A DNA stretch of 64,000 bases from Promethearchaeota archaeon (GTDB taxonomy: Archaea > Asgardarchaeota > Lokiarchaeia > Sigyniarchaeales > SOKP01). How positions within the stretch are numbered: position 1 is the stretch's first letter; every line of letters starts with the position of its first letter. Below the pieces are notes generated by a model. It was not told where the DNA came from and did not search any database. It saw only the letters and a program-made list of their open reading frames with translations. The stretch covers positions 1-64,000 of the forward strand of contig JBHLMQ010000001.1 in assembly GCA_048938005.1 (NCBI GenBank), read 5' to 3'. Shown here in pieces: positions 18,196-28,170 of the stretch. A program made the translations under genes and the position numbers.

Positions 18196-19155
18196 TTAAT
18201 TTCGAAATTTTAACTTTTTTTTTAATTCGCCGAGTGTTGTTTTCAATTCAGCGTATACATTGAAGACATGTATGCTTTCTAAAGATTCAACCTTAAATCT
18301 AACCTTAAAATCATCTTCAAGATTTGGAAAATCTCTTAAAATGAAATTTTTTGCCATCTCTCGAATAACATCTTCGGAAAAGAGAGGTTTTAAATGTGCA
18401 CTTCTAACCAATTCTGCTTCTTCTGGTCTTTTTAAAACTGATTGAATCTTGCCACTCATAGATTCTTCTATTATATCTATAATATCTAAAACGTCTACTT
18501 TATGATTAGTTAAATCCTTAATTTGGACTATAATAGTACCTATGGATCTTTGATTATGTGATGAAAATGGAAGTATATTTAATAATTTCTTGAGGTCTTC
18601 TTCTGAAACATCAATATCTTGTCTAGATTTAACAACTTCCTCTGCATACTCCAAAGATAGTTCTTTAGCACAAGGACAAACTGTCATACCAACTGCACTC
18701 GCACCAATAAAATAATTATAATCAATATTACCTAAATTATCTCGAATGGCTTTTACAAATGAACTAATATCATATGATTTTTGAATAATTCTTTCATCAT
18801 TTTCTCTGACTTGGACAATTATTTTACCTTCTAATTTAACTTCAGCTTTTGAAGTATAGGGATGGCGTTCTAATAATTTTTTGACAATTCTATCTCCAAC
18901 AAGTTCAATAGTCGGAGTAGGTTTGAAAATTACCTCATTAATGACTTCTTCTATAGTCTCAGAAGTCCGAGACATATGTATTCCACGCTGTTCAGCAGGA
19001 AGATTGATTAATGCTGAAATTTTTGGGTAAAAAGAATACCTTTTATTCTCTTGAATTATCTCAACTTTTTTTTCCAGTTCTACAATACCCACCTTATCTA
19101 TTGGAATATCTATTCTTGAACTTGAATTTTGTAAATCTATTTTAAATTTGGTAAT
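18196..19155 (-). CDS. mptA: GTP cyclohydrolase IV / FolE2 family
   Basis: RGIHMSR, MTVCPC, SHNQR, ESIH; frame extended to ATT at 19155 to include the conserved DLQ..IPIDKVGI. Confidence 0.9.
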   Translation of the reverse strand: MTKFKIDLQNSSSRIDIPIDKVGIVELEKKVEIIQENKRYSFYPKISALINLPAEQRGIHMSRTSETIEEVINEVIFKPTPTIELVGDRIVKKLLERHPYTSKAEVKLEGKIIVQVRENDERIIQKSYDISSFVKAIRDNLGNIDYNYFIGASAVGMTVCPCAKELSLEYAEEVVKSRQDIDVSEEDLKKLLNILPFSSHNQRSIGTIIVQIKDLTNHKVDVLDIIDIIEESMSGKIQSVLKRPEEAELVRSAHLKPLFSEDVIREMAKNFILRDFPNLEDDFKVRFKVESLESIHVFNVYAELKTTLGELKKKLKFRN

Positions 19156-19262
19156 TCTGAGTCACCAATATTAAAAATTAATTTTTTTATGATCTATTCT
19201 TTAAAAGGATTGGAATAATATAAAATATTAATTTCAATTATATTTGGATTGTCTAAGAATTA

Positions 19263-20432
19263 ATGGTAAATAAATCTTTATTTTGTAGGTATGCTTTACT
19301 CGGAGAGGATTTAGAATTAAAACAAAATACAAATTTAGAAATTGATGATAGTGGGAAAATCTTAAATCTCTCTTATGATGAAGTAGAAGAGAACTTAAAT
19401 ATTTTACCAGATGGTCATTCCTCCTTATTGATTCCAGGATTTATAAACTCTCACGTTCATATAGGAGATAGTTTTGCTAAAGAATTAGGTTATAATAGAG
19501 AGTTAGAGGAAGTCGTCGCCCCGCCATTTGGTTTTAAACATAAATTATTAAGGCAAACACCAGAAAGCGTCAAGATCAAAGGAATTCAAAATGCTGTTTT
19601 AGAAATGCTTTCAAATGGTATTACTTTTTTCGTTGATTTTAGAGAGGGGGGAGCAGAAGGTGTAAATCTTCTAAAAAGAGCACTTAGTAAAGTTTCAATT
19701 AATTATTTAATCCTAGGGCGATTTATGGATGAGAGCGAAATAGATTCTATTTTTGGTTTAGCTGATGGTGTTGGATTATCTAGTTATAAAGAAATTACTA
19801 AGACAAATAAAATATATGTCTCATCTGCAAAAAAGAAGTTTAAAAAAATCCTAGCATGTCATTGTGCTGAAAAGACTCGGGATAGTAATCTAATAAATGA
19901 AATATTTAATGATAATCTTGTTGATATATTTATTCATGGAACAAAATTTGTCAAAAGAGATTTGGAAAACATAATTGAAAATAATAAATCTCTTGTTTTA
20001 TGTCCTCGTTGTAATGGATATTTTGGAGTTGGATTTCCGCCAATTAACGAAATTTTAAGACTGAAAATTCCAATATCTCTAGGAACGGATAATTTAATGG
20101 TAAATAATACAGATTTATTTGAAGAGATGCGATATTTTTATCGAATTTCAAGAGTTTTATGTAGTTACAATAAAAAACTTCAACTAACCTCTAAAGATTT
20201 ATTGAAAATGGTAACATACAATGCAGCAAAAAATTATAATCTGGAAAAAAAGTTTGGTTCAATATCAAAAGGAAAATTTGCTGATCTTTTTTTAATTGAT
20301 CTTAGCAGTCCAAATATGTTTTCTTCTAAATTAAATTCGAATAATATATATGATTTAATTACTCAAAGGACAAAATCAGATAATATTAAAAAAACTTATA
20401 TCAAGGGAGAGTTAGTTTTTGAAAGAATTTGA
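19263..20432 (+). CDS. Amidohydrolase-superfamily deaminase (candidate flavin-pathway pyrimidine deaminase)
   Basis: PGFINSHVHIGD, HCAE, LGTDN and GKFAD; overlaps the RibD-C reductase gene. Confidence 0.8.
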   Translation: MVNKSLFCRYALLGEDLELKQNTNLEIDDSGKILNLSYDEVEENLNILPDGHSSLLIPGFINSHVHIGDSFAKELGYNRELEEVVAPPFGFKHKLLRQTPESVKIKGIQNAVLEMLSNGITFFVDFREGGAEGVNLLKRALSKVSINYLILGRFMDESEIDSIFGLADGVGLSSYKEITKTNKIYVSSAKKKFKKILACHCAEKTRDSNLINEIFNDNLVDIFIHGTKFVKRDLENIIENNKSLVLCPRCNGYFGVGFPPINEILRLKIPISLGTDNLMVNNTDLFEEMRYFYRISRVLCSYNKKLQLTSKDLLKMVTYNAAKNYNLEKKFGSISKGKFADLFLIDLSSPNMFSSKLNSNNIYDLITQRTKSDNIKKTYIKGELVFERI

Positions 20433-21084
20433 ACACCCATATATTATTTTAAGTGCTGCAATGACTATTGATGGAAAGATAGCATCAAAAACAGGAGATC
20501 CAGATTTATCAGATGACCAAGATTGGAAAGAAGTCCATAAACTTAGAACTCAAGTGGATGGCATTATCGTCGGGAAGAACACTATATTAAAAGATAATCC
20601 CAAACTTCACATAAAATTTTATGAACATAAGGGGTATTATAGAATTGTTGTAGATAGTAATCTTTCGATACCTATTGATTCAAATGTAATTACATTTCAA
20701 CCACAAACATACCCAACAATAATATGTACAACAGAAAATGTATCGTTGAAAAAAATCAAAGATTTTGAGTCAAAAGGAGTTAAGATATTAAAGTCTGGTA
20801 AAGGTAAGAAAGTAAATATATCGAATCTTATGCCTCTTCTCTATAATCTCGGGATGCAAAAGCTGTTATTAGAGGGAGGTGGCACATTGAATTGGAGCTT
20901 TATTAAGAAGAATTTAGTTGACGAAATAAGGTTAACTATTGCTCCATGGATGGTTGGTGGTCAAGATGCAATTACTCTTGTTGAGGGTAAAGGTTTTGAA
21001 ACTATGGCTCAAGCGCCAAGGTTTAAATTGCTTGAAATTTTAAGTAGAGATAATTATGTTGTGTTAAAATACAAAAAGAGTTAA
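20419..21084 (+). CDS. arfC: 2,5-diamino-6-ribosylamino-4(3H)-pyrimidinone 5'-phosphate reductase (RibD C-terminal / Rib7 type)
   Basis: AMTIDGKIA, VHKLR..DGIIVG.NT...DNP and LLEGGGTLN. Confidence 0.88.
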   Translation: MKEFEHPYIILSAAMTIDGKIASKTGDPDLSDDQDWKEVHKLRTQVDGIIVGKNTILKDNPKLHIKFYEHKGYYRIVVDSNLSIPIDSNVITFQPQTYPTIICTTENVSLKKIKDFESKGVKILKSGKGKKVNISNLMPLLYNLGMQKLLLEGGGTLNWSFIKKNLVDEIRLTIAPWMVGGQDAITLVEGKGFETMAQAPRFKLLEILSRDNYVVLKYKKS

Positions 21085-21086
21085 TA

Positions 21087-22190
21087 ATGATAAAAAACAG
21101 TGAAGTTAAGAGCTTAAAAAAGCTCACATTAAAACAAATAAGAGAGAGAGTAAAAAAAGTAAAAGATAAATTATCGATTAATAAAAAAAACGTAATAACT
21201 TATTCCAAAAATTTTACCCTTTCCCTTTCTAACTTTTGTATTAATCAATGTGGATATTGTTTCTATAATTATAAAATTCCTAAGTTAAGTGCTCAGGGAA
21301 ATGTAGTATTACTTAATAATGAGCAATTAGTTTCTTTAACTCAAAAAGCTCTTCAATATAATTGTAAAGAAGCCCTTCTGATGTCTGGTGAACGTCCAGA
21401 AAAATTTCCTGATGTTAAAAATGAGTTAGAAAAAAGGAATTATTCAGATTTTATAGCATTTGTAAAAGATATTTGCGTTTATTTACTTGATTTTAACTTT
21501 CTACCTCATATAAATATAGGTTTTTTGACTTATGATGAAATGAAGGATTTAAAAAGATTTAATGCTAGTATGGGATTGATGCTTGAAAGTACTAGTATGG
21601 AACTTTTTAAAAAAGGAAAGGTACATGAACATTCTCCTGGAAAATTACCATCAAAAAGATTAGAGCACATTAATAATGCCGGAAAGTTAAAAATTCCATT
21701 TACCACAGGCTTATTAATAGGTATTGGAGAAACTATGGAAGATATTATAAACGATTTATATTTAATCAAAAATATTCATAAAAATTATGGGCATATTCAA
21801 GAGGTTATAATTCAGAATTTTGTGAATAAAGCAAGTATTCCATTTCAACCTAAAAAACCAATTACTATCGAAAAAATGCTCAAAATAACCGGAATTGCTC
21901 GTATTATATTTGAGAATGAAATAGCTATTCAAGTACCCCCAAATCTTATAACAGGTTATGAAAAAGAGTTTATCGACATGGGTATTGATGACTTTGGGGG
22001 AATATCACCTATTACGTTAGATTATATAAATCCTGAAAGTAAATGGCCTCAAATTGATGATATAAATAAAATCTGCAAAGCTAAAGGTTATAAACTCAAA
22101 GAAAGGCTTCCAATCTATGATAAATACATTCAAAAAAGTGATTTCTGTCCAGAAAATATTAAAAAAATTATAGATAATATAAATTATTAA
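21087..22190 (+). CDS. cofG: FO synthase subunit 1 (radical SAM)
   Basis: ITYSKN, CINQCGYC, ASMGLMLE, PFTTGLLIGIGE, QVPPNL and DYINPE..WP. Confidence 0.93.
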   Translation: MIKNSEVKSLKKLTLKQIRERVKKVKDKLSINKKNVITYSKNFTLSLSNFCINQCGYCFYNYKIPKLSAQGNVVLLNNEQLVSLTQKALQYNCKEALLMSGERPEKFPDVKNELEKRNYSDFIAFVKDICVYLLDFNFLPHINIGFLTYDEMKDLKRFNASMGLMLESTSMELFKKGKVHEHSPGKLPSKRLEHINNAGKLKIPFTTGLLIGIGETMEDIINDLYLIKNIHKNYGHIQEVIIQNFVNKASIPFQPKKPITIEKMLKITGIARIIFENEIAIQVPPNLITGYEKEFIDMGIDDFGGISPITLDYINPESKWPQIDDINKICKAKGYKLKERLPIYDKYIQKSDFCPENIKKIIDNINY

Positions 22191-23320
22191 TGTTAACTTC
22201 TCGTATTTTAGACAAACTAAAACCAGAAATAAAGGAAATTTTAGAAAAAGCTTTAAAAAATGAGGAAATTACCTCTAAGGAAGCTTTAATATTATTAAAA
22301 GTTCATGGTAAAGAATTTTTTGCCCTGCAATATGTAGCTAATCGAATTTGTTATGAAAAGAAAGAAGATTTCGTAACTTTTGTGATTAACCGAAATATAA
22401 ATTTTACAAATGTGTGCTTTCAAGGATGTAAATTCTGTTCTTTTAGTTTACCGTCTAATCACAAAGATGCTTTTTTGCTTACATTAGAGGAGATAAGGGA
22501 TAGAGTTATTGAAGCAAAAAATTCAAATTGTTCAGAAGTATGTATTCAAGGGGGAATCAATCCTGAATTAAAATTTGATTTTTATTTAGATATTCTCCGG
22601 CTTGTAAAAGGAATAGACCAAAAAATTCATACTCATGCATTTTCTCCTCAAGAAATCTATTTTATGTCAAAATTATATAAGAGTTCAATAGAAAACACAT
22701 TAAAAGAATTAAAAAAGGCGGGATTAGATTCAATTCCGGGAACAGCAGCAGAGATTCTCGTTGATGATATTCGAAGAATTATTTGTCCAAATAAAGTCTC
22801 TACATCGCAATGGATTGACATAATCACTACAGCTCATAAGTTAGGAATCCCAACGACTTCAACTATCATGTATGGGCACATAGAATCTCTAAATGATCGA
22901 GTAGCACATTTAGAAGTTTTAAGAGAAATTCAAAAAGAAACTAAAGGTTTCACTGAATTTGTACCTTTACCTTTTGTAAAAGTAAATCCGATTTTATCAA
23001 GATTAAATAAATATCCTTTGAATCCTAGTTACGGTATAGCGGATTTAAAATTATTTTGTGTATCTCGGATATTTTTAAATAATTATATTGATAATATACA
23101 ATGCAGTTGGGTAAAATTAGGTCCAAAACTCGCTCAAGTGTCTTTAAATTTTGGTGTAAATGACTTCTCTGGAACATTAATGGAAGAAAATATATCAAGA
23201 AGTGCTGGAGCGGAATTTGGTCAATATTTATCACCAGAAGAAATAATTACAATAATTAAAGCTGCCGGAAAGAAACCTGCTCAACGAGATACTTTATATA
23301 ATATATTGAAATATTATTAA
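22190..23320 (+). CDS. cofH: FO synthase subunit 2 (radical SAM)
   Basis: NRNINFTNVCFQGCKFC, PGTAAEIL, TIMYGH, SWVKLG and GTLMEENISRSAG; follows cofG. Confidence 0.92.
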   Translation: MLTSRILDKLKPEIKEILEKALKNEEITSKEALILLKVHGKEFFALQYVANRICYEKKEDFVTFVINRNINFTNVCFQGCKFCSFSLPSNHKDAFLLTLEEIRDRVIEAKNSNCSEVCIQGGINPELKFDFYLDILRLVKGIDQKIHTHAFSPQEIYFMSKLYKSSIENTLKELKKAGLDSIPGTAAEILVDDIRRIICPNKVSTSQWIDIITTAHKLGIPTTSTIMYGHIESLNDRVAHLEVLREIQKETKGFTEFVPLPFVKVNPILSRLNKYPLNPSYGIADLKLFCVSRIFLNNYIDNIQCSWVKLGPKLAQVSLNFGVNDFSGTLMEENISRSAGAEFGQYLSPEEIITIIKAAGKKPAQRDTLYNILKYY

Positions 23321-23323
23321 ATA

Positions 23324-25189
23324 TTACTGAGATTGTAAATATTCTAAAACATAGCGTTGTGCTATTAGATCCGAATTAACCATACCTAATACTTTTCCCT
23401 GTTCAACTACAGGCATTGCAGATATTTGATATTGCTCTAGTTCTCTAACAATATCTAAAATAGAAAAATCTGGAGATGCTGTAATAACGTCTTTTGTCAT
23501 AACTATAGAAAGATTAACGTCACAACGATTAGAAGCAACAGCAGCTGTGATATCCCAATCTGTTACAACTCCTACAAGTTTACGTTCTGAAAGTACTGCA
23601 ATTATCCCACTTTTTTTTTCAATCATTAAAGCAGCTGCATCCTGTACTGAACTTTTTACATCAATTGTTGGTATTGAAATCATAATATCTTTTGCTGTAC
23701 GTTCCCTTTCCTTAGCAGTCAAACGTTGAAGACTAATACGTTCAGCTGCTACGCACGGGAGCATATCAGGATCTACGGCTAATAAATCAATTAATTCAAT
23801 CATATTATGTTGAATCACTTCTTCTCTATATTCCTCTCCTGCTTTTAATCGTTGTCTTGAAAGCTCTGTAAATTCTTTAGAATGATCTTTCAACCATTTT
23901 TCTACCGCTTCACGATTGCCTAACATTTCTTCAGGTATTTGTAATCGATCTGGAGATTTAATGATGTGCTCTTGAGCAGCAAAAATCACACCTCCAGAAT
24001 TTACTAAGTAATCATTAGCTATCATTACCCCTTTCTCTCTATACACAATTTGCTCCATACGAGTACGTGCCGCCTTTCTATTAGGATCAGGCGAATAAGT
24101 ATTTGCCCCTTCAATAATCACTCCCCATTTTCCCATACGATCTACTGTTATAGAGGGGTTTTCAGAAGAATGCACTCCTAAATAGTTGAATACTGGAGCT
24201 GCGGGAATTAAACAAAAAGCATTTTCGAGAAGTAAATTATTTCTATTTGTAGAAAATTTCGTAGGATGTTTATACCCTTCTGAAAAAATCTTCTCTTTAA
24301 AATAATTATTCGTGACTAAGCGTTTTTCTTTCCATAATTTAAAAAGTTCTTGAATTGGTAACCCAAATTCATTATATAAATAACCCTCTAAATCACTTAT
24401 ACCTATTACTTTAGCATCAGGGATTCTTTCATATAGTATACGTGCAGCATGAGCACCAACAGCTCCAAAACCTTGAATCAAAATTTTAAGATCTTTAGTT
24501 CCAGGAATTTCTAAATTAGCAAATTGGGAAAGAACTCTCAATCTCGGCATTATATTCAATAAAGTTTGTAGAGCAATTATAACTCCTCCCGCAGCTGCCC
24601 CCAATTCATCTATGCGCATTCCTCCCATCTCAACAGGCTTAGAAAGAGCATTATCTAATCCATTTTCTATGGCTATGGTCTTCATATCATCATCATTAGT
24701 ACCCACATCAGGTCCAGGTAAATAGATGTCGATATACCGATGAATTAATCGTGCAAAACCACGGATCATTTTTTCACGATCTTCAGGTGAGATATTCCTT
24801 TCAGCAACTATCCCTGATTTACCTCCACCATACGGAAGATTAGCAGCCGCGTTTTTAAGTGTCATTCCTCTAGCTAAATTATGAATGTCTGAAGGTGTTA
24901 TATCAGGAAGCATTCTAATCCCTCCCATTGACGGAGTCCCCATTGACAGATTATCAACTACTAAATATCCGCCAATTTCCAAATCAGATGTTTCGTCCCA
25001 TAAGCAAGCAACAAGATGGGGGCCCAATTTATCAACAACAATCCCAAGTCGAGATAATAGATGCTCATCTATATTACTGAATTCTAAATAACACTTTCCT
25101 TTATCTTTTTTAAGTCGGGTTTTAAGAGTAGCTTCTGGGAGGTGTTCATGAAGAAAAGATTCCATTTTTTTTGGTATCATAAAATCCAC
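23324..25189 (-). CDS. Glu/Leu/Phe/Val dehydrogenase fused to a C-terminal CBS pair
   Basis: GGIRM, MTLKNA, GGGKSG, GPDVGT, QGFGAVG, EGAN and NSGGV; then two CBS repeats (AKDIM...LVGVVTDWD; AMPVVE..VLGMV). Confidence 0.88.
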   Translation of the reverse strand: MDFMIPKKMESFLHEHLPEATLKTRLKKDKGKCYLEFSNIDEHLLSRLGIVVDKLGPHLVACLWDETSDLEIGGYLVVDNLSMGTPSMGGIRMLPDITPSDIHNLARGMTLKNAAANLPYGGGKSGIVAERNISPEDREKMIRGFARLIHRYIDIYLPGPDVGTNDDDMKTIAIENGLDNALSKPVEMGGMRIDELGAAAGGVIIALQTLLNIMPRLRVLSQFANLEIPGTKDLKILIQGFGAVGAHAARILYERIPDAKVIGISDLEGYLYNEFGLPIQELFKLWKEKRLVTNNYFKEKIFSEGYKHPTKFSTNRNNLLLENAFCLIPAAPVFNYLGVHSSENPSITVDRMGKWGVIIEGANTYSPDPNRKAARTRMEQIVYREKGVMIANDYLVNSGGVIFAAQEHIIKSPDRLQIPEEMLGNREAVEKWLKDHSKEFTELSRQRLKAGEEYREEVIQHNMIELIDLLAVDPDMLPCVAAERISLQRLTAKERERTAKDIMISIPTIDVKSSVQDAAALMIEKKSGIIAVLSERKLVGVVTDWDITAAVASNRCDVNLSIVMTKDVITASPDFSILDIVRELEQYQISAMPVVEQGKVLGMVNSDLIAQRYVLEYLQSQ

Positions 25190-25291
25190 ACTTCTAAGAG
25201 AATTTGATTAATCGAAATATATTAGATAAGTTTAATAATTATATAAATTTCAACCAATTGTTTAAGCTAATCATTAATTTATTTTATTTAT

Positions 25292-26863
25292 TTATTCATC
25301 CTGTATATACGGTTTTTCTAAATTTAAATAAATTTCTGCTTTCTTTAATTCTCTTCCTATATAATTTAAATGATGTACATCTTTAGTTAAATTAGACTGA
25401 ATGATTATTTTACTTAAAGCTTCAGCATTGTCCCCAATGAAAGTATGGAGTAACTGATCGTCATTAGAGAAAAAAAGAGTATAAATTTTTTTAGAATAAT
25501 GATTTGTGTAAATTCTAAAATATCCTTTAACATCTGGAATATAATCAGGAATGCTTTTATCTACTGATATTGCATAAGTCTGATTTAAAAGTGGTAATTC
25601 CTGATTTACTTTCCCTTTAGCTCTAAAAACTGAGATTCCTTGATTTATAGGTGGTGTTTTTTTATACTTCGCTACATAATTTAATTTTATACTTTCTCTC
25701 AACTCTCTTACTCCTCCCATTAATTTTGTACTGTGTTCGACGGTAAAAAGAATCCCGATATCCAATTCAATTGCAATGCTTGCTAATAACCCATTAATTC
25801 CAACAGAGTCAATATCCATAAGCTCCACTACGTTTGATATTCCAAAAAATAGAGGGAGTTCGAAATTTCTATATTTCTCTTCTAAAACCTTTTTTTTATA
25901 TAAAAAATAAGCTTCTAAAGAGTTGCATATTCCAGGACTTATTGGTGTTTCCAGCAATGGATCAGCAATTAACTTCCTAAAGCCATTATTTTGTAATTCA
26001 TTTGTCAATTTAAATAGATTTTTAACGCGAGTTTCAGCATCTTTAGGAAAATATGCTTCCTTAACATTAGTAGGAAGTATAACAATAGGAATGGTTTTAG
26101 GGAGATTTAAAAATTCTTTATAATTACCCAAATCTAAACTAAGAATGAGATCAATTCCTTCTTTAACAGCAGCATTTATCTCTTTGGAATCCATAGAATC
26201 TATACTTATTAAGATATCATGGTTAGATCTAATTAGTTTGATTATTTCTTTAATTCTTTCTGGATTTGGCTTATTAGAGATACATCCAATATCTATTATC
26301 TCTGCACCAGAATTGATATAATGCTTTACTTTTTTTATAATATTCTCATTACTTTTTTCAGTACAGTTCACAATCTCGGCAATTATAGGGGGTGGTAAAT
26401 TCCTTCCAATTATAATATTAGATTTTTTTTCATTAAGGTAATATGTATGAGAGTCTAGATTTTTTTTGGCTGACTCTAGATGTTTATTTACAATTTCAGT
26501 AAATTGACTTTCTCCTGAAATCTCTAGTAATCTATTTGCTGGTGTCTTATTAGATAATTCTAAATTTTTTAATTTTTTAAGAATGACTGGTAAATCAGAG
26601 GCGAATTCCGGACCTTTTCGAACTTTAATTGAATATTTATCTTCTAAATCTTTTAAATCCCATTGTACAAAACCCGGTAATAATATCATGTCATAATTAT
26701 TAATTTCTGTCTGCTCTAAGATTTTAGATGTCATAGGTTCTGTTAGAAAAGCAGAAATAGATATTGGTGCTTTTATTACTGTAATATTATGCTCTTTAAC
26801 AGGTTTAATAACCCTTTGTATTATTTTATAACTCTGTAGACCAGTAATTATAAGTATTCTAAT
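25292..26863 (-). CDS. Dihydropteroate synthase-like protein (archaeal, TIGR00284-like)
   Basis: Pterin-binding barrel (IIAEI, GAEIIDIG, ISIDS, ADP, SNVVELMDIDS.G.N); C-terminal D..GYF / HLNYIGREL domain; extended to ATT at 26863 (xRILIITG). Confidence 0.85.
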   Translation of the reverse strand: MRILIITGLQSYKIIQRVIKPVKEHNITVIKAPISISAFLTEPMTSKILEQTEINNYDMILLPGFVQWDLKDLEDKYSIKVRKGPEFASDLPVILKKLKNLELSNKTPANRLLEISGESQFTEIVNKHLESAKKNLDSHTYYLNEKKSNIIIGRNLPPPIIAEIVNCTEKSNENIIKKVKHYINSGAEIIDIGCISNKPNPERIKEIIKLIRSNHDILISIDSMDSKEINAAVKEGIDLILSLDLGNYKEFLNLPKTIPIVILPTNVKEAYFPKDAETRVKNLFKLTNELQNNGFRKLIADPLLETPISPGICNSLEAYFLYKKKVLEEKYRNFELPLFFGISNVVELMDIDSVGINGLLASIAIELDIGILFTVEHSTKLMGGVRELRESIKLNYVAKYKKTPPINQGISVFRAKGKVNQELPLLNQTYAISVDKSIPDYIPDVKGYFRIYTNHYSKKIYTLFFSNDDQLLHTFIGDNAEALSKIIIQSNLTKDVHHLNYIGRELKKAEIYLNLEKPYIQDE

Positions 26864-27953
26864 CTAAATCACTTATGAGCTTTTCTTTTTCAAATGGAAT
26901 AAAAATATCATCTAATATTGAACCAGTAGCTTCTTTTATTTTTAAATTGTTAATTATAGGCTCAAAATTTCCCCCTAAAATTCCATTAGCAATAAAAGCT
27001 GCCCCTTGAGCAGCTCGTTTCGCTATTTGACTAAAAGATGCCATGATTCTTACTGGAGCAACATCATTTAATCCACGTATCATTTTTTCTCGAAAATATG
27101 TTAAACTTGCTCCTCTCCCAGCTAATAATACTTCTTTTATTTTATCTTTAGATGAAAATGATGACGATATTCCAAAAACAGCTTTTTTCACACTTGATAA
27201 ATAAGCTTTTAGAGCTAATTTAGTCTGTTCATCCTTCTCTGCTAGAAGTGTGATTTCTTTTAAGCTCAAATCGGAATACCCTGAAATATAGGCTACTCCA
27301 CCTTTGTAGATATTTTTCTTATGAATATTTTTGATAAGATAGGCTAGCTCCCCATCAAGAGCTCCACATGCTCTAAAACCCATAATATTTGAACCCCCTA
27401 TTCCATCAATAATTTGACCATTTTCAATTGCCAAAACCGCTGTGAATCCATAACCTATTTCTACCATAATGAAATTTGTATCTTCTACAGCAACTTTGAA
27501 TCTTTCCATTTGATCTCTAATTCCTGTAACAGCAGTACAAATTTTATCTGCAGTACCCATATCTATTTTATTTATTTTTCGATATTTAGGAACAGTAGGT
27601 AAATGCTTGACTCCAGGGACAATAATTCCTGGTATATTTTGAGCTTTAATTAATCTTAAAACCTCTCCCAAACCAACTAATTTATTTTTTTCTTTCTGAT
27701 CAAATTTTAATAAAGTGAAAAAGATATCTTTTTCTGTTAATTCATGCACATCCTTTAAAGGAAGTCCAAACCCACTAGGAGCAACCATTAGATCGACGTC
27801 CTCGACTGAATTGATGATCGTAATTGCTTTTTGAGGATCATTAATTAGTTCTTTTGTAGGTAAAGATGTGTCTAAAATTGTTTCATTATCCTCCAAACCG
27901 AAAAAATCCCATGATCTACTACCAGGATCAATGCCTATAACTCTATACATCAA
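26859..27953 (-). CDS. DUF1464 family ASKHA/butyrate-kinase-like protein
   Basis: IGIDPGSRSWD, APSGFGLP, NKIDMGTADK and DGELAY. Confidence 0.82.
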   Translation of the reverse strand: MMYRVIGIDPGSRSWDFFGLEDNETILDTSLPTKELINDPQKAITIINSVEDVDLMVAPSGFGLPLKDVHELTEKDIFFTLLKFDQKEKNKLVGLGEVLRLIKAQNIPGIIVPGVKHLPTVPKYRKINKIDMGTADKICTAVTGIRDQMERFKVAVEDTNFIMVEIGYGFTAVLAIENGQIIDGIGGSNIMGFRACGALDGELAYLIKNIHKKNIYKGGVAYISGYSDLSLKEITLLAEKDEQTKLALKAYLSSVKKAVFGISSSFSSKDKIKEVLLAGRGASLTYFREKMIRGLNDVAPVRIMASFSQIAKRAAQGAAFIANGILGGNFEPIINNLKIKEATGSILDDIFIPFEKEKLISDLD

Positions 27954-28170
27954 TCAGACTAATTGCATTAATACACTATAAAAGATTCTATAATTCTTTT
28001 TATATTCTATTTTTTTTTAATAATTGCATTTAAGTTAATCTATTTTTAGAATTTAACTTAAAACTATAAAAACAGTGAAAATTTTTTAATATTTAATCTT
28101 AATTTGAAATCTTGCACTCTGATGTAAGAAAATCAAGAGTATGAATTAATACAGAAAAAGGTGATAAAAG

